This document shows positions 1 to 10,200 of a stretch of 64,000 bases of DNA, one piece after another; the first letter of the stretch is position 1; each line of letters opens with the position of its first letter. The notes under the pieces are model-generated. The model was not told the DNA's origin. It saw only the letters and a program-made list of their open reading frames with translations, and made no database searches. Made by a program: the position numbers and the translations under genes. Where the stretch lies: IMG/VR virus record IMGVR_UViG_3300017763_003980; one strand, given 5' to 3'. Source of the stretch: a virus (Duplodnaviria > Caudoviricetes).

Positions 1-687
1 GATCCAGATACTTTAGACGATTATGATGTACAGGAATCACCTTCAGTTGGTACTGATACAAATACTAATCCTGATAGATTTGTGACTCCGGGAACTAACA
101 AGTACCAAACAATTATTCCTTCAGGAATGGTATATAAAGATCAAGTTTTTGCTGTAGAAACTACAGATGACGTTATACCGCCATCAGCAGTAGAACAATA
201 CAGATCATATTTAACAACAGCAAATAAAGTAAGACCGCCTACTAATTTAAGTCCTACAGATTTTAATATTAATCAACAATATGTAGATGAAGCAAAATCT
301 AAAAGAGACGGAGCACTTTCCGCAATTTCAGGCACTCCATTTACAGAAGAAGATTTGATAGTTGCGGCTAAAAAGAAACCTTTAAGTAATGAACTTTTTG
401 CAAGATCACAAGGCACAACAGCACCTACAGTAGTAAGTCAAGATTTTGTTCCATTATCTAATGTTGCTGGAGTTTACAAATATTTCCCTCCAGCATTATA
501 TGATGATAGATATGATTTTGAAACAGGTAAAAAAATAAGAGTAGGTTTAGCAGGCGGCATTGGAGGCGGCAAAGGCGAACATACGTTAAAAGGAAATACA
601 ACAACTACAGTTGAAGGGTCAGAGTCAACAAGTAACACGTCTAGCGTATCACCAGTAGTAGGTGATGAAAAAGACCCGTGTGACTAA
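1..687 (+). CDS. 3' part of a gene truncated by the window start; probably a baseplate-associated structural protein
   Basis: The frame of the 82..687 ORF is open back to base 1 (GAT CCA GAT ACT...), so GTG82 is not the real start. It lies directly upstream of the gp5-like gene. No motif recognised. Confidence 0.55.
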   Translation, partial: DPDTLDDYDVQESPSVGTDTNTNPDRFVTPGTNKYQTIIPSGMVYKDQVFAVETTDDVIPPSAVEQYRSYLTTANKVRPPTNLSPTDFNINQQYVDEAKSKRDGALSAISGTPFTEEDLIVAAKKKPLSNELFARSQGTTAPTVVSQDFVPLSNVAGVYKYFPPALYDDRYDFETGKKIRVGLAGGIGGGKGEHTLKGNTTTTVEGSESTSNTSSVSPVVGDEKDPCD

Positions 688-710
688 TTATTATTGACTA
701 AAGGAAAAAA

Positions 711-3182
711 ATGAGTAGTACTTCGGGAAATTATAAACGTTCTAAAGTAACAGCTAATAAAGTATATGACGTAGGTCCATACGAAGCTATAGTTGTTAAT
801 CATTTAGATCGAAGATTTATGGGAGGATTAGAAGTTGAGCTTGTAAAATATACAGGTTCTGGTAATACTCCTGAATCTGCTGGACAATTAGTACAAGTTA
901 GATATCTTAGCCCGTTTTACGGTGTAACACCAGGAGCAGGATTAACAGCAAACGATGGCTATCAACATACCCAAAAAAGTTATGGTATGTGGATGGTTCC
1001 GCCTGATATAGGAACTAGAGTATTAGTTATATTTGTTGAAGGCAACTTAAACTTAGGTTATTGGATAGGTTGTGTTCCAGACGATTATATGAACTTTATG
1101 GTTCCGGACGGTAGAGCAAGTACTGAAATTACTACAGCTTTAACACCGGATGGCATAAAAGGATCAAAATTACCAGTAGGAGAATATAATAAAGCTTTTG
1201 AAGATGGAAGTAAAATAGATCCTACACTATTTTCTAAACCTTACAATAAAGATTTTACTGAAGTATTAGAAACACAAGGACTATTATTTGATGAGGTAAG
1301 AGGCACAACTACTTCGAGTGCTAGAAGAGAAACTCCTAGTATGGTTTTCGGGTTTAATACACCAGGGCCACTTGATAAAAGAGATGGATCTCCTAAAGTT
1401 TCAGTAGGACCTGCTGAAGATAAAGTTGATATTCCCTATAATAGACTAGGCGGTTCAAGTTTAGTTATGGATGACGGCGATGGAAGTTTTATTAGAAAAA
1501 CACATCCTGAAGATGGTCCTCCATTATATGTTAATAAGATTGATAGAGAATCAGGCGGAAAACAGTCAATTCCACAAAATGAACTTTTAAGGTTAAGAAC
1601 ACGAACTGGCCATCAACTGTTAATGCACAATTCAGAAGATTTAATTTATATTGGTAATGCAAGAGGCACTACTTGGATAGAAATGTCTAGTGATGGAAAA
1701 ATTGATATTCATGCACAAGATAGTGTAAGTATCATGACAGACGCAGATTTTAACATTACAGCTGAACGAGATATAAACATGGAAGCTGGAAGAAATGTTA
1801 ACATAAAAGCCTCTGCTCGATATAGCAAAGGAACGCCAATTGACGCTAAAGGATTAGACAGCGGGAGAATACAGTTTGAAGCACAACATGATTATAATCT
1901 AGTTGTTGGAAGAGACAGCAAAGTTACTGTTAATAATAATTCTCATAACGGTGTTGTTGGCAATCAATATATTTCTACAGGAAAATTTTTAAATGTAAAC
2001 ACCGGACAGGATACAAAATTAACTGCTGGCGGATCTACTAATATACTTTCTGGAAAAGAGCATAGAGAAACAGCTAAATTTATACATATGAACGGTCCTA
2101 GAGCTAGCAGTGCTGAAAAGGCAACAGATGCAATAGAGTTAGAAACTATTCTTTTACCATTTGTATTTCCAGGTTCAACAAAACCAGTGGTATATGATAG
2201 TATTGTGCCTAGAGCACCTCAACATGAACCGTGGCCACATCATGAAAATTTAGATCCGCAAGCATATAAGAAAGCACAAACTGATAGAGAAAATCCAGGA
2301 GCTCTTGCAACTGCTGATCGAATACTTACTCCTGATACCTTTTTGAAAGGAAAAGGAGGCAGAAGAAGAAGTGGAGTAGTTGCTAATTCAGGAGGCAACA
2401 TTGATACAGGACACGAAAACCATGGAGGAGGCTCGGCTACAGGAACAGGACAAACTCCGGTAGATGAGTATGGACCAACTTTTGGCTTTACTGGTGAACT
2501 AGGAAAACTAAGCGAAAGATATGAATCAAGGGGAGATCCTACAGCAATAGGATATGATACTACTGGAGGTTGGAGTTATGGAACTTATCAACTCGCAACA
2601 AAGACTGGCGGATTCAAAGGATTCATGGATTACACAAAACGTAAAGCACCTGAAACTCATCAGCAACTTGTTGATGCAGGCGGACATTCTTTAGCTAAAT
2701 TAGGATCAGATTCATTTAAACAATCTTGGAAAACAATTATGTCAGGTGCAGGAGCTGAAGATCAGCATCAATATGCTGTAGTGCAATATTTTGTACCAGC
2801 TGCTGATAAAGTGACAAGGAGCACTGGAATAGACGTAAGAACTAGATCTAAAACATTGCAAGACGTATTGTGGTCAACAGCAATTCAGCATGGCGCAGGT
2901 GGATGTAATAGAGTATTTAAAAATGCGTTAAAAGCATGCGGCAATAATAATCCTGCAGATGATGCATTAATTGTTGCTGTTTATAATGAAAGAGCAAGAG
3001 ATAATGGAATGGCACACTTTGGTAAAAGTACTAATGAAGTAAGAAGAAGTGTTGTAAAAAGATTCAATAATGAAAAATTAGATGCATTGTCAAGTTTAAA
3101 ACAAGAATTAGGCGGAGGCGGTACGCCTACCCAATCAGGATCAGGTACTGTAGTACTTCCTGTAGAAGGAACTGTCGGGTAA
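711..3182 (+). CDS. gp5: Baseplate hub/central spike protein (T4 gp5/VgrG-like) with a C-terminal VgrG3-like peptidoglycan hydrolase domain
   Basis: N-terminal OB-fold signature (YGMWMVPPDIGTRVLVIFVEGN...YWIG) and a beta-helix region (RLRTRTGHQLLMHNSED...WIEMSSDGKIDI). The C-terminal LSERYESRGD...GGWSYGTYQ motif is lysozyme-like. Followed by gp25 and gp6. Confidence 0.85.
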   Translation: MSSTSGNYKRSKVTANKVYDVGPYEAIVVNHLDRRFMGGLEVELVKYTGSGNTPESAGQLVQVRYLSPFYGVTPGAGLTANDGYQHTQKSYGMWMVPPDIGTRVLVIFVEGNLNLGYWIGCVPDDYMNFMVPDGRASTEITTALTPDGIKGSKLPVGEYNKAFEDGSKIDPTLFSKPYNKDFTEVLETQGLLFDEVRGTTTSSARRETPSMVFGFNTPGPLDKRDGSPKVSVGPAEDKVDIPYNRLGGSSLVMDDGDGSFIRKTHPEDGPPLYVNKIDRESGGKQSIPQNELLRLRTRTGHQLLMHNSEDLIYIGNARGTTWIEMSSDGKIDIHAQDSVSIMTDADFNITAERDINMEAGRNVNIKASARYSKGTPIDAKGLDSGRIQFEAQHDYNLVVGRDSKVTVNNNSHNGVVGNQYISTGKFLNVNTGQDTKLTAGGSTNILSGKEHRETAKFIHMNGPRASSAEKATDAIELETILLPFVFPGSTKPVVYDSIVPRAPQHEPWPHHENLDPQAYKKAQTDRENPGALATADRILTPDTFLKGKGGRRRSGVVANSGGNIDTGHENHGGGSATGTGQTPVDEYGPTFGFTGELGKLSERYESRGDPTAIGYDTTGGWSYGTYQLATKTGGFKGFMDYTKRKAPETHQQLVDAGGHSLAKLGSDSFKQSWKTIMSGAGAEDQHQYAVVQYFVPAADKVTRSTGIDVRTRSKTLQDVLWSTAIQHGAGGCNRVFKNALKACGNNNPADDALIVAVYNERARDNGMAHFGKSTNEVRRSVVKRFNNEKLDALSSLKQELGGGGTPTQSGSGTVVLPVEGTVG

Positions 3183-3185
3183 ATA
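3178..3185 (+). promoter_or_regulatory. T4-like late promoter variant GGTAAATA, 4 nt before the gp25 ATG
   Basis: Sequence GGTAAATA-CAAT-ATG; resembles the T4 late consensus TATAAATA; no Shine-Dalgarno. Confidence 0.5.
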
Positions 3186-3189
3186 CAAT

Positions 3190-3627
3190 ATGAGTGAATT
3201 AGAAAAAAACTTAATTAAAAGAGTTACAGTAAGTGAACAGCAACAGTCTGCTAAAAGTAGTAGAACTTATAGAGGGTTTTCTACAGTAGGTGGAAAGAGT
3301 ACTGGATTCTCTAAGTATGACTTTGATATTATAAAGCAAGATCTAATTAATCATTTTCATATACGACAAGGAGAAAAACTTACTGATCCAAAGTTCGGTA
3401 CAATTATTTGGGATCTATTATATGAGCCTTTTACTATTGATTTACAAGAAGCAATTGTACAAAATGTAACTGACATAGTAAATTATGATAGTCGAATAAG
3501 TGTAGAAGAAATAGTAGTAGATACATATGAACAGGGAATAACTGTAGACTGCACACTTACTTTCCTTCCTTATAGTATTTCAGAAAATTTACGTTTTAAG
3601 TTTGATCAAAAAAATGGTCTTCTGTAG
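3190..3627 (+). CDS. gp25: Baseplate wedge subunit, gp25-like
   Basis: YRGFS...IKQDLINHFHIRQGEKLTDPKFGTIIWDLLYEP...IVNYDSRI is the gp25/GPW pattern; size 145 aa; lies between gp5 and gp6. Confidence 0.9.
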   Translation: MSELEKNLIKRVTVSEQQQSAKSSRTYRGFSTVGGKSTGFSKYDFDIIKQDLINHFHIRQGEKLTDPKFGTIIWDLLYEPFTIDLQEAIVQNVTDIVNYDSRISVEEIVVDTYEQGITVDCTLTFLPYSISENLRFKFDQKNGLL

Positions 3628-3655
3628 AGAATTAACTACGCACTTATCTGTAACA

Positions 3656-3663
3656 GATAAATA
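3656..3663 (+). promoter_or_regulatory. T4-like late promoter GATAAATA for gp6
   Basis: GATAAATA ends 23 nt upstream of ATG3687, followed by the SD-like GAGGA; it overlaps the palindrome TTATCTGT-A-ACAGATAA (3644-3660). Confidence 0.65.
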
Positions 3664-3686
3664 TCATAGTAATAGAGGAAAGCTAA

Positions 3687-6600
3687 ATGTCTGCAACTGA
3701 TAGACAGTCAAGATTGTTAGTATCTGAGGACTGGAAAAGAATTTACCAATCGTTTCGTAACGCTGATTTTGCAAGTTACGATTTTGATAATCTTCGCAGG
3801 ACGATGATTAACTATCTGCGACAAAACTATCCTGAAGATTTTAATGATTATATTGAGTCTTCAGAATATCTTGCACTTATAGATATGATTGCATTCCTCG
3901 GACAAAATTTAAGTTTTAGAATAGATTTAAATGCAAGAGAAAATTTCTTAGAAACAGCTGAACGTAGAGAAAGTGTATTGAGATTAGCTAGAATGCTGTC
4001 TTATAATCCTCGACGTAATCAAGCTGCAAACGGAATACTAAAGCTTAATACTATCAAAACTACAGAACCTATTATAGATAGTACAGGACAAAATTTAGCA
4101 AATGTCGTAATTAAATGGAATGATCAGGCTAACTCAAACTATTTTGAACAAATGGTTAAGATTTTAAACTCATCATTGCCTGTAACTAATCAAATAGGAA
4201 ATCCATTAAAGAGTGCATCAATTGCAAATGTAATTACTCAACAATATAGGATAAACGCAACTAATACAACTAGTGCAGTTTTTCCTTTTTCTAAAAAAGT
4301 AGAAGGTGTTACAACAAGATATGAAGTTGTAAGTGCTGGAATTTCCGGAGAAAATTTAGTAGAAGAACCTCCAATTCCTGGTACAAGCCCTGCTTTTTTG
4401 TTTAGAGATGACGGACAGGGCGCAGGAAGCTCAAACACTGGATTCTTTATGATGTTCAAACAGGGTAAATTATCAAGTTCCGACTTTTCAGTAAATAATC
4501 CTGTACCAAATCAATCTGTTGCAGTAGACGTAGCAAACATTAATGATTCAGATGTTTGGCTTTATAATATAGACAGCAACGGATTCGAAACAGATTTTTG
4601 GACAAAAGTTGATTCGGTTGAGGGCAACAATGTAATTTACAATAATTTATTTGAAGGTATAAAAAATGTCTATGCTGTAACCACTAGAATAGGAGATAGA
4701 ATAAATTTAGTTTTCTCAGATGGGTTATTTGGAAATTTACCTTCGGGTAATTTTAGAACTTACTATAGAACTAGTGCAAATTCTGCTAGTGTAATTAATC
4801 CAGGCGCTATTGGAAATGTTAACATTGATATAGAATATCAAAGTAGAAGTGGTAATATAGAAGTTTTATCATTAGGATTTAAACTTAACTATACAGTAAC
4901 AAATGGAACTGCGTCTGAAAGTAGCGAGGAAATTAAAGCAAATGCTCCTGCAACTTATTACACACAAAATAGACTAATTACTGGGGAAGATTATAATATA
5001 GGTCCGCTTGCAATAAGCCAAGAAATTATTAAAACAAAAAGTACAAATAGAATTAGTAGTGGTATTAGTAGGTATTTTGATCTTAAAGACGTTTCGGGCA
5101 AATATAGCAATACTAGTTTATTTGCAGATGACGGTGTATTATACAACGAAATTTTTCAACTAAAAAAAGAATTTACATTTACTACTCAAAGTGATATAGA
5201 AGGTGTAATTAATAATACTGTAGAAGGTATACTAAACTCGGCCTACATGAAAAACTTCTATCTTGATCAATTTCCTAAAACACTTGTATCTGATCTAAAT
5301 GCAAGTTGGTCACAATCAACAACATTTAAAACAGAGTCAACTGGAAGATTTTTAGATGCAACTCAAACTCCATATATGGTCGGTAGCTTCACTGCTAATA
5401 GTTTACGTTATATTGAACCAGGAACTATGTGTAGATTTATTGCACCTTCCGGATTTCATTTTAGACCAGACGGTACTTTAGGTTCAGGCGAAGCAAATTA
5501 TTTAGGTAGTAAAACTTATAAATGGGCTAAAGTAATAACAGTTGATGGAAATGGTACAGTAGTTGACAACACTACTACTAATGGTCCAATTAGATTTAAT
5601 GAAGTTATTCCAACAACTGCTGTGTTAAATCAAATTGTTCCTAATTTTTCAAGAGTTCTTACAGATGCTGTGAAAGTCCAATTAATTGATCAAGCATTTG
5701 CTTACAAAGATTTTGGTTTAAGATATGATTTAACTGACAGACAATGGAAAATTATTACTTCAGAAAATTTAAATGTTTCTCAAGAGTTTACTACAGGCAA
5801 AACAGGAGATAACACAGCACAGAATTTAGATTCAAGTTGGTTATTATATTTTAAAACTGATGGCGAAACATATACTATAACATATAGAAATTTAAGATAT
5901 ATTATTGAAAGTGCAGATGAAGTTAGATTCTATTTTGATGGTATAGATAAAGTTTATAATCCTGCTACAGGAGAAATTGTTAGAGATAAAATTGATATAC
6001 TTAATATTAATAATGCTCCGGGTAGTTCTTCGCCGTTCAATAACGATTTTACATGGACTGTTTCGGGTGCTTTTAGAGACTCAGATGGATATGTTGACTC
6101 TAGAAAAATAGAAGTTCAATTTATTGATCTAGACGATGATGGTATAGTAGATGATCCGGAAATTTTTGAGCAAATAGTAAATCAAAATAATAGTAGTATT
6201 CCTATATCTGAAAGATTAATTTTCCAAAAAAGTTATAAAACATCTGATGGAGTAGAAGATTTTAAATATTTTGCAAATACTAATAATGAAATTGTTATTG
6301 TTACAAACGAATCTGCAATAGCACCATATAGCTCTAGAACAGATGGGCAAGTATTTTATTTAGAAGACGAAAAAGTATTTAAAAGGCTTAATAAATTATT
6401 AAACAATACAGTTTTAACTTCAGACTATAGAGCATATGCTGGCAGAGGTGAATTAAAGTTTCATTATGTGCATGTTGCAGATAGTAGTTATAGAATAGAT
6501 CCTAGTGCTAGTAATATTATTGACACATATTTACTTACAAAAAGCTATGACAATGAAGTAAGAAGATTTATTGTTGACGAAATAGATGTAGAACCTAGGC

Positions 6601-7289
6601 CACAAAGTAATGATGAGTTATTTAGGCTTTATGGATCTGCTATTGATAAAATTAAAAGTATAAGTGACGAAGTAATATATTATCCTGCAAAATATAAAGT
6701 ATTATTTGGATCAAAAGCATCACCAGATTTGCAAGTGAAATTTAAAATAGTTAAAAATCGTGATTTAGTTATAAATGATAATGAACTAAAATCAAACATT
6801 GTCGAATCAATTAATAGGTTTTTTGCAATAGAAAACTGGGATTTTGGTGAAACATTTTATTTTCAAGAACTTAGTGCATATATAATGAACCAGTTGTCTC
6901 CAAGATTAGTTTCAGTGCTTATAGTACCAAATCAGTCTACTTCAAAATTTGGAAGTTTATTTGAAATAAAATCTGAACCAGACGAAATTTTTATTAGCTC
7001 GGCTACTGTTGGAGATATTGAAACGATTTCAGAAATTACTGCTAAAGAAATACAGGCAAGCGGAACTGTAATTACAAGTATTAACAGTGCAGATGCTAGT
7101 GCAAGTATTGTTAGTAGTGCATCTAGTGCAACTGCTACTAATACTAATAGTGTTTCTACAACGACTTCTAGTCCTAGTTCATCAAGCTCTAGCAACGGAT
7201 CAAGCTCTAGTAGCGGATCAAGCTCTAGTAGCGGATCAAGCAGTAGTTCAGGATCAAGCGGATCAAGCGGTGGAGGCTACAGCTACTAA
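3687..7289 (+). CDS. gp6: Baseplate wedge subunit, gp6-like, with an extended C-terminus and Ser-rich tail
   Basis: DFASYDFDNLRRTMINYLRQNYPEDFNDYIESSEYLALIDMIA...ENFLETAERRESVLRLARMLSYNP is the gp6/baseplate-J N-terminal pattern; also TQNRLITGEDY. Confidence 0.88.
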   Translation: MSATDRQSRLLVSEDWKRIYQSFRNADFASYDFDNLRRTMINYLRQNYPEDFNDYIESSEYLALIDMIAFLGQNLSFRIDLNARENFLETAERRESVLRLARMLSYNPRRNQAANGILKLNTIKTTEPIIDSTGQNLANVVIKWNDQANSNYFEQMVKILNSSLPVTNQIGNPLKSASIANVITQQYRINATNTTSAVFPFSKKVEGVTTRYEVVSAGISGENLVEEPPIPGTSPAFLFRDDGQGAGSSNTGFFMMFKQGKLSSSDFSVNNPVPNQSVAVDVANINDSDVWLYNIDSNGFETDFWTKVDSVEGNNVIYNNLFEGIKNVYAVTTRIGDRINLVFSDGLFGNLPSGNFRTYYRTSANSASVINPGAIGNVNIDIEYQSRSGNIEVLSLGFKLNYTVTNGTASESSEEIKANAPATYYTQNRLITGEDYNIGPLAISQEIIKTKSTNRISSGISRYFDLKDVSGKYSNTSLFADDGVLYNEIFQLKKEFTFTTQSDIEGVINNTVEGILNSAYMKNFYLDQFPKTLVSDLNASWSQSTTFKTESTGRFLDATQTPYMVGSFTANSLRYIEPGTMCRFIAPSGFHFRPDGTLGSGEANYLGSKTYKWAKVITVDGNGTVVDNTTTNGPIRFNEVIPTTAVLNQIVPNFSRVLTDAVKVQLIDQAFAYKDFGLRYDLTDRQWKIITSENLNVSQEFTTGKTGDNTAQNLDSSWLLYFKTDGETYTITYRNLRYIIESADEVRFYFDGIDKVYNPATGEIVRDKIDILNINNAPGSSSPFNNDFTWTVSGAFRDSDGYVDSRKIEVQFIDLDDDGIVDDPEIFEQIVNQNNSSIPISERLIFQKSYKTSDGVEDFKYFANTNNEIVIVTNESAIAPYSSRTDGQVFYLEDEKVFKRLNKLLNNTVLTSDYRAYAGRGELKFHYVHVADSSYRIDPSASNIIDTYLLTKSYDNEVRRFIVDEIDVEPRPQSNDELFRLYGSAIDKIKSISDEVIYYPAKYKVLFGSKASPDLQVKFKIVKNRDLVINDNELKSNIVESINRFFAIENWDFGETFYFQELSAYIMNQLSPRLVSVLIVPNQSTSKFGSLFEIKSEPDEIFISSATVGDIETISEITAKEIQASGTVITSINSADASASIVSSASSATATNTNSVSTTTSSPSSSSSSNGSSSSSGSSSSSGSSSSSGSSGSSGGGYSY
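7179..7268 (+). repeat. 18-bp-period tandem repeat encoding (GSSSSS)n in the gp6 C-terminus
   Basis: GGATCAAGCTCTAGTAGC occurs exactly at 7197-7214 and 7215-7232, with degenerate copies at 7179 and 7233 and half units GGATCAAGC at 7251 and 7260. Confidence 0.9.
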
Positions 7290-10200
7290 TGGCATACGAT
7301 GACAACCAAAATGAAAGCCCACTGCCAGCAGATGGCAAAGTAAAAAAAATTAGTACAGATTTCCTTCCAAAGTTTTTTAGGACTGAAGCTAATAGAAAAT
7401 TCTTACAAGGTACGTTAGATCAACTTATTACACCGGGTGTCGCAGAGAAAGTAAGCGGGTACATAGGCAGAAATACTGCTAAAGCGTTTACTCCAACTGA
7501 CAATTACATTGGTGATATTAGTAATGATAGAACTAACTATCAATTAGAACCTGCTACAGTTATTAAAGATAACTTTGACAATGTTACTTTTTATAAAGAT
7601 TATAATGATTATGTAAATCAGCTAGGAGTTTTTGGATCTAACAATAAAAACCATAGTAGGTTAAACAATCAGGAAACGTATGCGTGGAATCCTAATATTG
7701 ATTATGACAAGTTTGTTAATTTTAGAGAATATTATTGGCTACCTAATGGACCTACAACAGTACCGGTTAGAGGACAAAGCAAAGAGATAGTAAGCACGTA
7801 TACAGTTACTACATCAGATCAAACAGATAATATTGCTTATGTATTCAACGATGGGTTAACTGTAAATCCTACAATAAAACTTTATAAAGGCCAAACGTAT
7901 AGATTTGAAATTGATACACCAGGTCATCCAATTGCTTTCAGCATCTCAAGAACATTTACCCCTGGTACTGCTGTGCTTACAGCTGGATCAGAAGGATTAC
8001 GTGCTGATGGCCAATTTGATGGGCAATTGTACGGTAATAATTACGATCAAGGAGAGTACATTGTTTTACCTAGTAGCGGTTCTGTAACGTTTGATGCTGA
8101 TGAAAATGTAAGCACACTTTATCCTGATGGTATTACAAAGTACGGAGAAGAAGGCGAAGTATTATCAGTTGTATATGTAGAAAAAGGCACTATTGAATTT
8201 ACAGTCCCGTTAAATGCTCCAGATAGACTATATTACGTTAGTAAAAATGCAATCGATACAAGCGGATTAATAAGGATTTATGATATAGAAGAAAATTCTG
8301 CTATCAATATCGACGAAGAAGTTTTAGGAAAAAAGACTTATAAAAGTGCTAACGGAGTTGAATTTACTAATGGAATGAAAGTTACATTTCAAGGAGAAGT
8401 TACTCCTGCAAAGTATGCAACTAATTTATGGTACATTGAGGGTGTTGGCGATAAAATTTCATTAATACGAGATAAAGATTTAATTATTCCTGCTGCTTAC
8501 ACAGAAGATAAATTAATACCTTTTGATACAGATAAATTTGATGAGCTACCATTTGCTGATTCTAAAGCTTATGCTGAAACAAAAGATTATATTACGATTA
8601 ACAGAGCAAGTAAGGATAGAAATCCTTGGAGTAGATATAATTGCTGGTATCATAAAGAGGTTGTTTTAGCAAGTGAAAAATATAATAGTCTTCCTGAAAC
8701 ACTAGATGAAACAACTAGAGCTAAACGTCCTATTATAGAATTTGAAGCAGGATTAAAATTAAATAATGCTGGAGTATTTGCAAAAGATGACGTTGATCTT
8801 GTAGACAACTTTACTAAAGATGTGTTTAGTACTATTGAAGGCACAGCAGGATATAATATAGACGGAATAGATTTAGCAGACGGAATGCGTGTACTCTTTA
8901 CTGCTGATACAGATGTACTAGTAAATGGTAAAATATATAAAGTTAAATTTATTACAATAGATAATATTAGACAAATTAGTCTTATTGAAACTTCTGATAC
9001 AACTCCACAAGATTTAGAATGTGTGCTAGTTACTCAAGGAGATAGTTTTGCCGGTACTAGCTTTTATTACAAAACTAATAAATGGGTTCAAGCACAACAA
9101 AAAACAAAAACTAATCAACAACCATTATTTGAAGTATTTGATGCAAATAAAAATAGTTTTAGTGACGAGACGTTTTATAATAGTACAACGTTTCCTGGTA
9201 CAAAAATATTTTCCTATAAGCAAGGCTCAGGTACACCTGACGTAGAATTAGGATTTCCATTATCATACAGAGCTATTAATAACTCAGGAGATATTGTATT
9301 TAATTTTTGCTTGCTAAGTGATACTTTTACATATCAAGATGATACTGAATTATATACTCAACGTATTGATACAGGTTACTTAAAAAAGTATAAAAATTTA
9401 ACAAGTTTTGAGTATGTAAACGGCTTCAGTAAAATACCTACATCTAGTAAACAGTTAGTAATAAATCAATATAATGTAACTGATTTGGAGAATAATAATT
9501 TTAGTGTTGAAGCATACCGAAAATCAGGAGACTTGAACGATCTTAAAGTTATTGTTTATGTAGATAATATTTTAAAACTCAAATCAGTAGATTATGAAAT
9601 TGATCGTATTAATGGTGTAGCTATAGTAAGATTTTATAAAGATTTGCTAGACGGACAGTTTGTTAAAATAAAAACTGATAGTAATGCTGAAAAAGATATT
9701 GGGTATTATGAGTTTCCATATAATTTAGAACGCAACCCATTAAATGATGATATTACTGAATTTACATTAGGTGAAGTAATTGATCATGTTGACACCATGA
9801 TAGAAGATATTCCTACTTTCAAGGGAGTGTATCCTGGTAGAAGTAATTTAAGAGATTCAGGAGAAACAGATCATTTTGGCAAGCGTTTTGTAAAACATAG
9901 TGGTCCAATTAATATTGCAAACTATCATATTACAAATAAAAACTTTAATATAATAAAAGCACTAAGACATTCAAAAAATGAGTATTCAAGATTTAAAAGA
10001 AGTTTTTTAGAGAAAGCAGTTACTTTAGGATTTGACGGCCCAGTAAAAAAACACTTTGATAGAATATTACAAGATTTAAATAAAGACAGGGTAAAAACAG
10101 AGTCTTTTTACTTTTCAGATATGCTAGCATATGGTGATGCAAATAGGTTAGAGTATACTGTTTTAGATTCTGACACAGAAATTTATCCTATGACTTCTGC

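Noticed and set aside
7179-7268. Tandem repeat as a possible CRISPR array or DGR template
   Set aside because: No unique spacers, in-frame coding, and no cas or reverse transcriptase gene in the window.
7087-7302. Alternative-frame 71-aa ORF with DQALVA repeats
   Set aside because: A by-product of the 18-bp Ser/Gly repeat in gp6; no SD or promoter.
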